A stretch of DNA of 63,482 bases, counting the filler, from Trichomonas gallinae (taxonomy: Eukaryota): the NCBI GenBank assembly GCA_008369845.1. It is 4 parts of 4 records of this genome, joined end to end, with 100 filler letters (N's around TTAATTAATTAA, not from the genome) between each part and the next. Parts side by side here need not be neighbours in the genome. Positions count along the whole stretch, not along the records: positions 17,050 to 39,591 come from MRSU01001439.1; positions 39,692 to 61,778 come from MRSU01001443.1; 2 more parts are not named here. One strand, 5' to 3'. A program made the translations under genes and the position numbers. The notes below the pieces were generated by a model, which was not told where the DNA came from, made no database searches, and was given only the letters and a program-made list of their open reading frames with translations. Below, piece by piece: positions 31,517-42,063 of the stretch (the stretch's first letter is position 1; every line of letters begins with the position of its first letter).

Positions 31517-33790
31517 ATGAAGATTCAAATTCTTTCTAAAACAGAAGCCAGCTCTCTTCCAGGCATAGACGGAATGATCGCTGGCATCTGCTCCGACGAC
31601 AAGAACTTTTACACGGCTGTCGATGCAGGCGCAATCCGTAAATATCCATTTAATACAGACGATCTCGCACAAACATCGGACGATGTCTTCGTTTTCAAGG
31701 ATTCACATATCACATGCATTGATTCAACGCGTGATTCTTCAGCTCCTAACACTTTTATAATCGGATGTTCCGATGGTACTTTTCGCCTCTGTTCTACGAA
31801 CTGGAGGATCGAGAAGACAGTCAACGCACACAATGGAGGTATCACGTGCCTCAAAGTCAACCCAGACGGCTCCAGTATCGCTACAGCGGGCGAAGACGGC
31901 CTCGTTAAGATCTGGTCGAGAACAGGCATCCTCAGGTCAACACTCGCTAGCTGTGGGAGCGCAATTACGACATTAAACTGGGATTCAACAGGAAAATATA
32001 TCATGTTCACAAATGCTGGCTTTGTTACAGTTAGATCTGCTTCATTCAAGCAGGATCAGACTCAGTTCCATGCCCACAGACGCTTAATCACATGCAGCGA
32101 TTGGAATAAAATTACTAACGAAATACTTACAGGAGGCGAAGATCGCGTTGCTCGTTTGTTCGACATGGACGGCCGCCAGATTGCTGAAACTCACCCGTTT
32201 GATTTTGCCGTTTCTTCTGTTGCTTTCTTGCCAAATGCTCATCTTTGCTTAATCGGCACAGCAAATCGTTTGTACTTAACAGATTCGAAGCTCCGCATCC
32301 AGTTCTCAATTCCGATCGATGCTGGCGCTGCTATTTGCGCAAACAACGACCAGCCACGCGCAATTGTCGCTGGAGGAGGTTCAATCAACTTAATTGCCGC
32401 TGTTGGCAAGAAGATCGTCTACAAGGACTGCGAGGTCATCGCTGACGGACCAAGCAGGCTCACAGTTTACGATCTCAAAAATGGATTATCAGAAAACTTA
32501 CAATTCAACGAATCAGTCGCTGATTTCACAATCGGCTTCAACAACCTCATCGTTAATACACAGACAAAGCTTCAAATCTACAAATTCGGCTCTTGGACGG
32601 CTCCTTTAATCGTTGAGATCAAAGAACCAGCAAAGACAATCGCGCAGTCAGCCACAATGTTCGTCTATGTCTCCTCATCAGGCGCACAGATTTATGGCTA
32701 CGATGGCCGCGTTATTTCTCGTATTACAGAACCCAGCATCAAATGGGAGCTCGTCTCATCCCAAATGATTGCTGCTTCTCCATGTATCGTTTGCGTTGTT
32801 TCTCCAGACGACAGGAAGAAAGTTTTTGCATTTTCCGCATCATCAGGTCAAGCAACATCAGGAGAGCCTTTAGTACACCCAAGCGAAGTCCGCAACATCA
32901 CAACGAACCAGGCAGCACTCTTAAACAAGGCTCGTTTCGGTTTCACAAATGCGAATGGCGATTTAACTATTTGCCGTTTCGTCACAACGAACCCACGCCA
33001 GCCTCCTACTATCGAAACACAGAAGCTTGCCAACTTTGTAGACGAATTCCGCTGGCACACAGTCCACGATGTTATTGTTGCCAGATCTGAAGACAAATTG
33101 ACAGTTTGGGGCTGCCCGAGTGCATCATTCTTCACCCCTGAGCTTCTTCCTAAGCTCAAATTTGAGTTGCGCACACTTTTCGATCCATCAGAATTAGATT
33201 CTTTCGATGGAACGCACGCATTCGTCCGCTCTAAGGAGGGAGCATTCTGCGTTGTCCAGATCAACCCATTCCTCTTAATGCTTCACGATGCAATCGATGT
33301 TCAGAGAAATTGGAAAGTTGTTCTACAAGTCTGCCGCGCAATGAAGGACGAAACACTCTGGGCTGTCTGCGCTGCTTGTGCAGTACAGGCAGGAGAGGTC
33401 GATGCTGCACAGGAGGCTTATGCAGCTCTCACAATGATCGACAGAGTTCTTTTCCTCGAAAAAGTGAAGAAGATGAAGGCTCCTGCCGCAAGAAACGCCA
33501 TGATCGCGGTCCTCCAGGGCAGAGCCAACGAGGCTGAAGAGATTCTCATTCAGGGCGGCTGCATTTTCAGAGCGATTAAGATGAACATCGGACTCAACAG
33601 GTGGGACAGAGCTTATTCCATCGCTAAGAGGACGAACAAGTTCCTCGATGTTGTTGCTGCTTACAGGACTAAGTTCCTCAAAGATATGGGAATTGAAGAA
33701 ACGGATCCGAACTTCCAGAAGCTAGGACAGACTGACATTGAAAGTGTTAGGCACATCATTAACGAAGAAAAGGCGAAAGAAGTTGCTTGA
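31517..33790 (+). CDS. IFT80: Intraflagellar transport protein 80
   Basis: WD40 N-terminus with AHNGGIT...TAGEDGLVKIWSRTGILRSTLA and GGED; C-terminal helical region LWAVCA...AQEAYAAL..IDRV and AEEILIQGG...RAI. Confidence 0.93.
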   Translation: MKIQILSKTEASSLPGIDGMIAGICSDDKNFYTAVDAGAIRKYPFNTDDLAQTSDDVFVFKDSHITCIDSTRDSSAPNTFIIGCSDGTFRLCSTNWRIEKTVNAHNGGITCLKVNPDGSSIATAGEDGLVKIWSRTGILRSTLASCGSAITTLNWDSTGKYIMFTNAGFVTVRSASFKQDQTQFHAHRRLITCSDWNKITNEILTGGEDRVARLFDMDGRQIAETHPFDFAVSSVAFLPNAHLCLIGTANRLYLTDSKLRIQFSIPIDAGAAICANNDQPRAIVAGGGSINLIAAVGKKIVYKDCEVIADGPSRLTVYDLKNGLSENLQFNESVADFTIGFNNLIVNTQTKLQIYKFGSWTAPLIVEIKEPAKTIAQSATMFVYVSSSGAQIYGYDGRVISRITEPSIKWELVSSQMIAASPCIVCVVSPDDRKKVFAFSASSGQATSGEPLVHPSEVRNITTNQAALLNKARFGFTNANGDLTICRFVTTNPRQPPTIETQKLANFVDEFRWHTVHDVIVARSEDKLTVWGCPSASFFTPELLPKLKFELRTLFDPSELDSFDGTHAFVRSKEGAFCVVQINPFLLMLHDAIDVQRNWKVVLQVCRAMKDETLWAVCAACAVQAGEVDAAQEAYAALTMIDRVLFLEKVKKMKAPAARNAMIAVLQGRANEAEEILIQGGCIFRAIKMNIGLNRWDRAYSIAKRTNKFLDVVAAYRTKFLKDMGIEETDPNFQKLGQTDIESVRHIINEEKAKEVA

Positions 33791-34168
33791 TTTTTTTAAA
33801 AGATTTTTTATTATAATTTTTCGCTTATTCAAAACAACAATTCACAAATACATCTCTAACATAACCAAAATTGTGAACATTTTTTTGTCATTTCAATATT
33901 ATTTATTGAAAAATCATTTTAATCTTTTGAATTATTCGTTTTCTAATAAAATCACTATGATTAATATACTAATTAAATTAAGCATATAATAATTTTTGAT
34001 AGTTTAATCTTTATATATAATTCATTATTGATAAATTTGATATATTTTCATTTTCTTTAATTGCTAATCAATTTTATTGTAATATTGTTTTATTTTTAGT
34101 GATGAGTATTGTGAGGTGATTCTAAAACATAAAACAAAGAATTTTAATCAAACAAAGAATATTAAAAA

Positions 34169-34756
34169 TTATTGCTTCTTTTCCAATTGGCGAGTTAATT
34201 TTGCAATTTTTGCATCTTTGAGCTTGATAAGTTGCTCTAATTTTTGGATTTTAGTCTCTAATAAAGAAATATATTCTGTTTGTTCAGCGCATTCTTCAAT
34301 CTTCTGCTCAAGTAGTTGGCGGTCTTCGTTCATTTGAGATCTTGTATATTGCTCGATGTGATTTGGAATATCATATTCTTCGCCGACAAAATATGGTTTT
34401 TCTTCATTTTCAGACTTGTGGTCAACTATATCCCTGAAATCCCACAAAACACGCTCAATGACTCCCGGCGTAGAGTTCGCTAATTGTGTGATTGTATTTG
34501 TATCTAACGGAAAATGAATCTTTTTGAGAACTTTCTCGTTTAAATGCTTCCAGTTGTAGATTTTAGTATCGACTCTGAGGCCCTGCTGATAATTAAAAAG
34601 ATCAACTGTTTTTGGATAAAAATGATTCACGACTTCTGCCATTAAAACGGCATCAGAGAAATCCCTGGCAAGATTCCTCTTTTTCCTCGATAATGGAATT
34701 GTATCAACCCAACCATACAAATCGATCAAATCACTCTGCGTGAATTCTTCAGTCAT
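34169..34756 (-). CDS. SPEF1: Sperm flagellar protein 1 (CLAMP), calponin-homology domain
   Basis: LYGWVDTIPLSRKKRNLARDFSDAVLMAEVV and NWKHLNEKVLKK; C-terminal LETKIQKLEQLIKLKDAKI. Confidence 0.9.
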   Translation of the reverse strand: MTEEFTQSDLIDLYGWVDTIPLSRKKRNLARDFSDAVLMAEVVNHFYPKTVDLFNYQQGLRVDTKIYNWKHLNEKVLKKIHFPLDTNTITQLANSTPGVIERVLWDFRDIVDHKSENEEKPYFVGEEYDIPNHIEQYTRSQMNEDRQLLEQKIEECAEQTEYISLLETKIQKLEQLIKLKDAKIAKLTRQLEKKQ

Positions 34757-34816
34757 AAATGAACAGAATTCACAGATATATACTATTCATCTGTATATTA
34801 AACATTTTATAAATAT

Positions 34817-35400
34817 AATTTTTGATAAAATCGATTTTTGAAAATTCGAAAAATTAATTTTTCTTTAAAAAGAAAGCTCTTAAAAATAAACTATCTATCA
34901 TTAGACTAAATCATTAATCAGGCTAATTTTTGATAAAACCGATTTTTCAAAATTTCGAAAAATGAATTTTTCTTTAAAAAGAAAGCTAAGCTCTTAAATA
35001 TAAAATATAAATCATTATACTAGATCATTGATCAAGTTTATTTTTCATAAAATCGATTTTTGAAAATTCGAAAGATTATTTTTCTTTTTTGTGCTAAACT
35101 TTTAAACATAAACTATCAATCATTAGGCTAATTCATTAATCAGGTTAATTTTTGATAAAATCGATTTTCAAAAATTCGAAAAATTAATTTTTCTTATATT
35201 TAACTATATTCTTAATAATAGATTACTCACAATCATTTTAAATCATTGACTAAGTTAAATTATGATAAATTCGATTAAATAATTTTTCGATATGAACTAA
35301 AAATTTAAATCTAGTTTATCCATCATCATCCTAAATATTGCTTATGTTAATTTTTGATGAATTCGATTCTTGAAATGATTCAAAAGATTATTTCTTGATG
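34817..35400. repeat. AT-rich ~107-115 bp tandem repeat (minisatellite), about 5-6 copies, degrading 3'-ward
   Basis: Unit heads like TAATTTTTGATAAAATCGATTTTTGAAAATTCGAAAAATT near 34817, 34924, 35039 and 35146, weaker near 35256 and 35348. Confidence 0.88.
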
Positions 35401-35517
35401 TAAAAATGATGAATCAATAACAAAGCATTTATTAAACAAATAAGAAAAATTTATATATTAGATTTGAAAATAAACTCAAATTACTCTAATATTGAAGTTA
35501 ATGATATATATATCTTA

Positions 35518-38046
35518 TTATTCCGGAGCAATTCCTAGTTCAACGAGCATTTCATCTCTCGGCTTTCTATACAGCAGAACTACTTGCATTAGCTTGCCAT
35601 ATGAGTCATAAATGTTGACATTTTCATTGACAAATGTATCTGCGAAATCATCGTAATAAGATGATTGGATTGGAAGTTTGGCCTGGAATAATGTTAGAAT
35701 AGGATCCGGATCATCATGTTTCTTAGCAATTCTCTTGATAATTCTATGGAAAAGTCTAACATTTGATGGATCCCATTTTTCTATCATTGGAGGATAAATA
35801 AACTCGAATAATTTCGGGAAATAATCATTCAGCTCTTCAACAGTCATCCTTTGGACTAAAACAGATATCATAGATAGCGCTGCGTTAACAACACCAGGAT
35901 TATTGCTGTCGAACAGTCTTCCTATGAAGTCAACAGAGAAATAATCCAGGAAAATCTTGTAATTATAGTTAATCAAGCGCTGATTAAATCTAATTCCCGC
36001 AATAGCGAGAAGAGGGTCGTCGCTTGTTTCTATTTCACATATTGCACCGAGTAAGTCAGAATTCGGCTGAATATCCAAGATTTCTTCAGCTAAAACGAAA
36101 TGTATTGGAAGTGGAACTTTTTGGATGCCTTTAGATAGATAAGAAGCAGGCACTGATAAATCATGACACCATTTCGCTTTCACACCTGCCAGGAAAACAG
36201 CAGTAATCGTTTCGTGCATGTATTCTAATGTATAATTTGTAAATTGCAATAAAAATTCGATAGTATTCCAAAAACAACGCGTGAAACATACAAAGACTTG
36301 CTCAGGGAGACCCAAGAAGTCTATTTTTTGCTGAATAAAGCAATAATAATCAGCAATAAAATGGAAATTGTCTTGAGAGTTTGATCCATGCGTCGATGAG
36401 TAGTTTGTCGCATAAACAGATGTTTGGTAGACTGTTTCCAAGAATTTTTGAGCTAATTCGGGTGTGAATTGAACATAAGGGATTAAATAGACTAAAGCAG
36501 TGACAATATGCATGGAAACATGTGGCTCATTAGGTGCACCCAATAAATTTAATATGCTATCGAATACACTTTGTGATTGTGAAAAACAAATTGATTTGGA
36601 ATTGAATTTGGCCATTCTATATATGGCTTTCGCTACCATTAGGTTGTCAAAGTTGAAATATTGAATCACTGTGTAAGTTATCTGTGGATTTCCAATAAAA
36701 TTAATAAATTGTGCGAATTTGATGATAAATTGAAGAAATATTGCTTTATCATCCTGTTTAAGAATAGTTTCTGTGGCTTTCATAACGAAATACTGTCGCA
36801 AATGTTTCGATGAATTTGAAATCGCATAATATAAAGGTGGGGTCAGTCCATTCTCTTTAATTTCATTATTATACCAATCAACAACAACCTTTCCCATATA
36901 AGTCGACATGTTTTTGAATAATTTTTTCAAACTTTTTGATCTGATGTCGATTTCTGCTGGAACATAAACGAAAGTTCTTAGATAATTGATTATTTCATTA
37001 GGAAATGGTGTATTCTCTTGTGATGAAAGAACACCAACAAGCTGAGAACTCGCTTCTAATAATTCTTTAAACTGATCTGATTGAACATCGAACTTAGAAA
37101 CCTCACCAATAAACTGGCTGATAACCCTCCTGCATAGATCATGATTATAAAGCATAATATAAAACTCTGGACTAATATCTAAAACTAAATTCCATATATA
37201 TGATCTGATGTTCATGCTTTCTTCATCTATTTCGGAATTGGCTCTAAAGTCAAGATATTCAAGAATAGACAAAATTGTCTCGCTAATGAAGACTTTTTGG
37301 CCTGGATGAAATTTTGATGCTGGAAGACTGCAAAATTCTTCAAATAAAACAATTAGTTGTTTTTCTAGGCTCATGTCGAAGTTAGCTTTAAGCTTTTGAA
37401 GAAGATTTGACGCTTTTTCATTTGTTATAATATTTGATGTTATTCTGACGTAATAACGTAATAGGAAGATCCAGTATATGCACATATCTGATTTATCAAG
37501 TGCTAAATGTATCTTATCGCTGTATCTTATCAACATTTTCTGTATTTCAGTAAAATTATCACATTTATCGCTATATATGTAATCAAATATGTTTGTAAAG
37601 AACACAAGTTGATCTTGCGGCGCTAATTCATGATAATGCGATATAAAATTTGGATCTTTAATTGCAATACTTGAAGAACACTCGATTAATTTCAGTCTTT
37701 CGCGATCTTCGAGTTGTATAGTTTGATATCTCAGTCTTGTACATGGGATTCTAAATAAAGTTTCGATTTTTGAAATTGGAATATCATCAAAGGATTCATT
37801 TACCTTTTTGCAAATCAGATCAGCTGCAATAAAAACAGATATATTGTTAAGTGATGAATAAATTATTTGTATTACCGTATCATAAAATATTTGTTCATTT
37901 TGAAAAAGCGTCAAATAGTTTGTTGCTGAGTCAATTTCATGCTGATTGCTTCCATTCTGCGTATTTTTACATGCTTCTTCGAAGTTTGCGATTGATTCAT
38001 AAAGTTTCTGATTTTCGATCGCAATCTCTTTCGGACGCTGATCCAT
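35518..38046 (-). CDS. Alpha-solenoid (HEAT/ARM) protein, importin-beta-family-like N-terminus
   Basis: IDSATNYLTLFQNEQ...VFIAADLICKKV resembles an importin-beta N-terminal domain; helical throughout. ATG at 38046. Confidence 0.6.
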   Translation of the reverse strand: MDQRPKEIAIENQKLYESIANFEEACKNTQNGSNQHEIDSATNYLTLFQNEQIFYDTVIQIIYSSLNNISVFIAADLICKKVNESFDDIPISKIETLFRIPCTRLRYQTIQLEDRERLKLIECSSSIAIKDPNFISHYHELAPQDQLVFFTNIFDYIYSDKCDNFTEIQKMLIRYSDKIHLALDKSDMCIYWIFLLRYYVRITSNIITNEKASNLLQKLKANFDMSLEKQLIVLFEEFCSLPASKFHPGQKVFISETILSILEYLDFRANSEIDEESMNIRSYIWNLVLDISPEFYIMLYNHDLCRRVISQFIGEVSKFDVQSDQFKELLEASSQLVGVLSSQENTPFPNEIINYLRTFVYVPAEIDIRSKSLKKLFKNMSTYMGKVVVDWYNNEIKENGLTPPLYYAISNSSKHLRQYFVMKATETILKQDDKAIFLQFIIKFAQFINFIGNPQITYTVIQYFNFDNLMVAKAIYRMAKFNSKSICFSQSQSVFDSILNLLGAPNEPHVSMHIVTALVYLIPYVQFTPELAQKFLETVYQTSVYATNYSSTHGSNSQDNFHFIADYYCFIQQKIDFLGLPEQVFVCFTRCFWNTIEFLLQFTNYTLEYMHETITAVFLAGVKAKWCHDLSVPASYLSKGIQKVPLPIHFVLAEEILDIQPNSDLLGAICEIETSDDPLLAIAGIRFNQRLINYNYKIFLDYFSVDFIGRLFDSNNPGVVNAALSMISVLVQRMTVEELNDYFPKLFEFIYPPMIEKWDPSNVRLFHRIIKRIAKKHDDPDPILTLFQAKLPIQSSYYDDFADTFVNENVNIYDSYGKLMQVVLLYRKPRDEMLVELGIAPE

Positions 38047-38128
38047 TATGACAAGAAACAACACAAAAACAATCAGCTACTAATTACAAAGATACAAAAT
38101 ATAATTTTATTCATAACAAATTTATATT

Positions 38129-39259
38129 TCAAAGATTAGCTGAAATTGAGTTGATAGTATCAATAACATTATCATTAATTACATCACCATCCTTGATTAA
38201 TATAGTGAATGTCTTAAAACCTAGTGCTCTCGCTAGTAAAACAGATCTTGAAACAGAATTATCGCGTTGAATTTCGATAAATGCAGATCCAGGTCTCAGA
38301 AATGCAACTAAATTGGACTGCTCACCATCAAATCCAATTAAAAGCTTGCAATTTGCAACAGCAAAGATTTGATCATAAATATTCCACATCTTGTTGAATA
38401 CTTGAACAAAATCTCCACTGTCAGACATCTTCTTAGTTATAGCATCCCTCCTTCTCAGCTTTGGATCGCCATCTCTCGTTATTAAAATCGACGCAGAATC
38501 TTTTTCTTCGATTATCTGATGAATAGATTGGCTCATCATTGTATATGATGCCTGAGATATCTGATTTGGCTGCGGAATAAGCGGAACAATCATCTGTTCT
38601 GCGCATTGGTTCGATGCTTCCGCAGTTACGATATTATCCATTTTGAATTTTACTGATTTGAAGAATTCTTTTAGTGCTGGACTTAGCCTAGTGAATCCTA
38701 GTGTTGATGAAGACAAAATTTCTTCAGGTAAACTGAATATAAGAGGGAAAATATTTGATAAAAAGAATTGATCTGACATATCAGGTGGTTGAGGTATATA
38801 AATCATTCGTGGATAGTATATTGAGTTCTTTGGTTGATGATTGAATTTCTTTAAATCGAATTTTGGAAACCAAGGATGATTGTGTGGATATTCTTTGCCT
38901 GAATGCACGACAAAACCGTCACTTGTCATGCATGTTGATGCAACTGATGCATAAAGTGGCTCTGATATGTTGATAACACTTCGATATGCATTTTGTGTTG
39001 TAGAAGTTGGTTCGCCTGCAAACGCAATTGGATATGTTGGCACGAGAGATATTTTGAGTTTGTTGTTAGACTTCCATGGTATGCTTTCCCATGAAAATCC
39101 TGCACTTTTCGGATCTAAAGAAGTAACACTCGAGTTTTTAGACGAATTTCGAAGGAAAATTGCAGTCATAAAGCCCAAAATGAACCATGGAACAATGTAC
39201 ACCATCACCCAGAACTTTCTTCCCGTAGGAAGCTCCATCCCGTTGCGATCGCGTTGCAT
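38129..39259 (-). CDS. Type II membrane glycosyltransferase family 61 (DUF563)-like protein
   Basis: N-terminal TM anchor; QIFAVANCKLLIGFDGEQSNLVAFLRPGSAFIEI corresponds to the GT61 C-terminal motif. Confidence 0.7.
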   Translation of the reverse strand: MQRDRNGMELPTGRKFWVMVYIVPWFILGFMTAIFLRNSSKNSSVTSLDPKSAGFSWESIPWKSNNKLKISLVPTYPIAFAGEPTSTTQNAYRSVINISEPLYASVASTCMTSDGFVVHSGKEYPHNHPWFPKFDLKKFNHQPKNSIYYPRMIYIPQPPDMSDQFFLSNIFPLIFSLPEEILSSSTLGFTRLSPALKEFFKSVKFKMDNIVTAEASNQCAEQMIVPLIPQPNQISQASYTMMSQSIHQIIEEKDSASILITRDGDPKLRRRDAITKKMSDSGDFVQVFNKMWNIYDQIFAVANCKLLIGFDGEQSNLVAFLRPGSAFIEIQRDNSVSRSVLLARALGFKTFTILIKDGDVINDNVIDTINSISANL

Positions 39260-39520
39260 TTTGACACTTTACATCTGACACATGTCAAAAATCATCATTC
39301 AACTTAATTTTTAGCCCCATAATAATGATCAATGATCTCACTATAGTTCCAAAGATTAACAGGTTCCAGTATGGTTTCTAATAAATCCATTATGACGAGT
39401 AAATTATAAGATCAAAAATCTAATTTCATTTTTCAGCGATATTGTAGGAAAAAATGTAGTTAACACTATGATCATATCAAATTTAGATGGAGAAATAATA
39501 AATGATTAAATAAGAAAAAA

Positions 39521-39591
39521 TGGTCACTCTGGGGTTCGAACCCAGGCCCTCGCGGACCAGTGCCTTAAACTGGCGCCTTAGACCACTCGGC
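39521..39591 (-). tRNA. tRNA-Leu: tRNA-Leu(AAG), 5' end lost in the gap
   Basis: Minus strand: GCCGAGTGGTCTAAGGC D-arm, CCAGT-TTAAGGC-ACTGG anticodon arm, long variable arm, CTGGG-TTCGAAC-CCCAG T-arm, AGTGACC-A, then a T6 terminator. Confidence 0.95.
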
Positions 39592-39691
39592 NNNNNNNNN
39601 NNNNNNNNNNNNNNNNNNNNNNNNNNNNNNNNNNNTTAATTAATTAANNNNNNNNNNNNNNNNNNNNNNNNNNNNNNNNNNNNNNNNNNNN
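39592..39691. other. Artificial contig spacer
   Basis: 44 N + TTAATTAATTAA + 44 N. Confidence 0.98.
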
Positions 39692-40002
39692 GAGGGAGAG
39701 GAACGGAGAAACGAGCCCTACACTGAAGAATTTTAAGTAAACCTAAATATCACACTTCATATACTACTTAATATATCATTAACTTTGTATCTTTATGAAG
39801 ATCGAATAAAATATTAGACTCTTAGAGTAAATTTTCAATATTTTATTCTATATATTAGATGAAGTTTCAAATCATGTCAAATATCAGAATGTAATGTGCT
39901 ATTAAGTGTGGTGTTTTCATTTTTGATTTAGACTAATTTTGAGGTTATTTGTCAAATTTGAGAGTAAAATAAAAATTTAGATACAAACATGATTATACAT
40001 AT

Positions 40003-40791
40003 TTAAACATTTTTCGCAGGAACGCAAGCATCAATAAGAACTTGTAGTGGATTTTCTTTGATGAATGGATCAGTATCTTCGCCAAATGCAAGAATTCCGC
40101 ACATACTAATAGAATTGAGGATAATCTTCTTTGGATGCGTGCCAAGAGTTCTTGGAACGACGACAACATATTTTGTATTCATGATAAAGTTGTATGAGTC
40201 TGTTGGTAAATTGGATGTAAGCTTAACGTAGATATCATATATCGTTTGTGCATCCCATTTTGTAATTTCTTCAACTCGATATTCAAAAGGTAATTTTTTC
40301 TTTTCTGTCATCAATGTAAGTAGAGGATATGTAGTTATCGGCTGAAATTGGAAGTGTTTGTGGTTTTGTGAATTGCCAGATTGCGGACCACAATTATAAT
40401 ATCCAATTCCATCCTTAAATGCGTCGAATACAGTCAAAAGTGCTGTGAAATCTGTTAGTGTAAGTGGTTTTGTTTGATTTGCATCATTGTCTTCTGATGC
40501 AAACAAAACATGTCCAACTTCATTCATAAATTTGTTAACAATCAAGTTGTTTCCGGGTAATTTAGTTATAAATAGATTTTCTCCGAAAGGTGGAGCAAGA
40601 ACATCCTTTCCATCTTTCTTCATTGACACAATATACTTTTTTAGATTTTGATTCCAAGTTTTAATCAAAAATTTATAACCCTTATCCATTTGCTCGACAG
40701 CAGGTGTTTGCTCATGCAAAAAGAAAGCGCACTCAGTGTCAAGAGCTAATTTAGCTTGATTCAAAATCTGCTCTTTCAGTGATTCGCTCAT
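40003..40791 (-). CDS. ATP adenylyltransferase / Ap4A phosphorylase (Apa1/Apa2-like)
   Basis: VNKF, YNCGPQSGNSQNHKHFQ (HxHxQ), VVVPR and LNSISMCG motifs. Confidence 0.88.
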   Translation of the reverse strand: MSESLKEQILNQAKLALDTECAFFLHEQTPAVEQMDKGYKFLIKTWNQNLKKYIVSMKKDGKDVLAPPFGENLFITKLPGNNLIVNKFMNEVGHVLFASEDNDANQTKPLTLTDFTALLTVFDAFKDGIGYYNCGPQSGNSQNHKHFQFQPITTYPLLTLMTEKKKLPFEYRVEEITKWDAQTIYDIYVKLTSNLPTDSYNFIMNTKYVVVVPRTLGTHPKKIILNSISMCGILAFGEDTDPFIKENPLQVLIDACVPAKNV

Positions 40792-40796
40792 TTTTT

Positions 40797-41147
40797 AAAA
40801 GTGACATTGACTCACTATATGATCAAAAGTGACAAATTTTAGCTTTACATGAAAAGTGACAGGGATAAGGTTAATAATTTTATATATCTGCCTGTGATTA
40901 TCTTAGGCTACTGAAACTTGTGTTATAGTTTCATTGGTCTTCTCTGATGTATCTATATAAGTTTCATCACCGATTTCTTGAGTATAATAAGAATAATTTC
41001 AAATTTTCTCTTTTTCATGTGATATTTGAATTCTCTTTCATATCTATATGTGAAATAAACCCAAAATGGATCGTATAAGGTTAACATTTTTTGCAATGAA
41101 AAGTGACGATTATAAGGTTAATGATTGTGTAAAAAATGAAAAGTGTC
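40797..41147. promoter_or_regulatory. Cluster of AAAAGTGAC (motif 2 / reverse Inr) and TAAGGTTA elements
   Basis: AAAAGTGAC at about 40797, 40825, 40852 and 41099 (variant at ~41139); TAAGGTTA at 40866, 41076 and 41113. Confidence 0.55.
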
Positions 41148-42063
41148 ATAAAAAATTACCAAAACAATACAGAGCTGATTTCAAACTAAATAGACATCAT
41201 TGGTAATCCATTCTTGCTAAGTAGAACCATTTAGAGCAATAATCGCTATTGATTCAGTTTATTTGTTGAATTTATTATTCGATTATAGCAAATACATCAC
41301 GACAATATCACAATACATGTTGCAAAAATTGAATTATCATAATCCAAACATCATTACAAAACTATTTTTGTTCTGAAAAATTTCAATATCAAAGAAAATT
41401 CATACATCCTGATTTATTTAATAAGTATATCACGTAATAATTATTTTAATCACAGAAACTTATCTTATCGCCGAAAATATAACATTCGAAATACAAAGAT
41501 TTGCATACAATTTAGTCTAGTTGATAAAATATCCATACCCTTTAGTATGCAAAGCTATTACCAATCTTCTAATTAAGAAATTATTTGCAAATTATATCTG
41601 ATTTATTTTTCATCCATGATATTGCGTTTTGTTTGTGTTCGTGGCATCTAGGAAAGATTATAACTATTTTATCATCATACTAAAGACTGAAAAACTATGA
41701 TTACAAAATTTCCGAAATTGAAAATCAATCAATAATTAAGATTAAATAAAAGGCGGTACCTTATATTTACAGAATTTTACAGAAATTTTATACGAATTCC
41801 TCAAATGATTTTAGCACGAATTAATTTTGCTCATTTTGTTCACCGATAGAAGGAATTTACAAATAAACATACTGAGCAGGACTGAAAATACGAATATTCA
41901 TGCTATCAAACAAAAAAAAAATAGTCGAAAAATTTACTAAGTCAGAATTACAATTAGTCCCACCGCTGATTGTTTCACTGTTGTCGGCCTTCAATTTCGA
42001 CTGAATTGTAAACGTTAATTAAATGACTCTCACTTTTATTAATGTCACTTTTAAGAATTCATA

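Noticed and set aside
39521..39523. Apparent genomically encoded CCA on the tRNA
   Set aside because: The CC is the end of the 7-bp acceptor strand (AGTGACC) and the A is the discriminator base.
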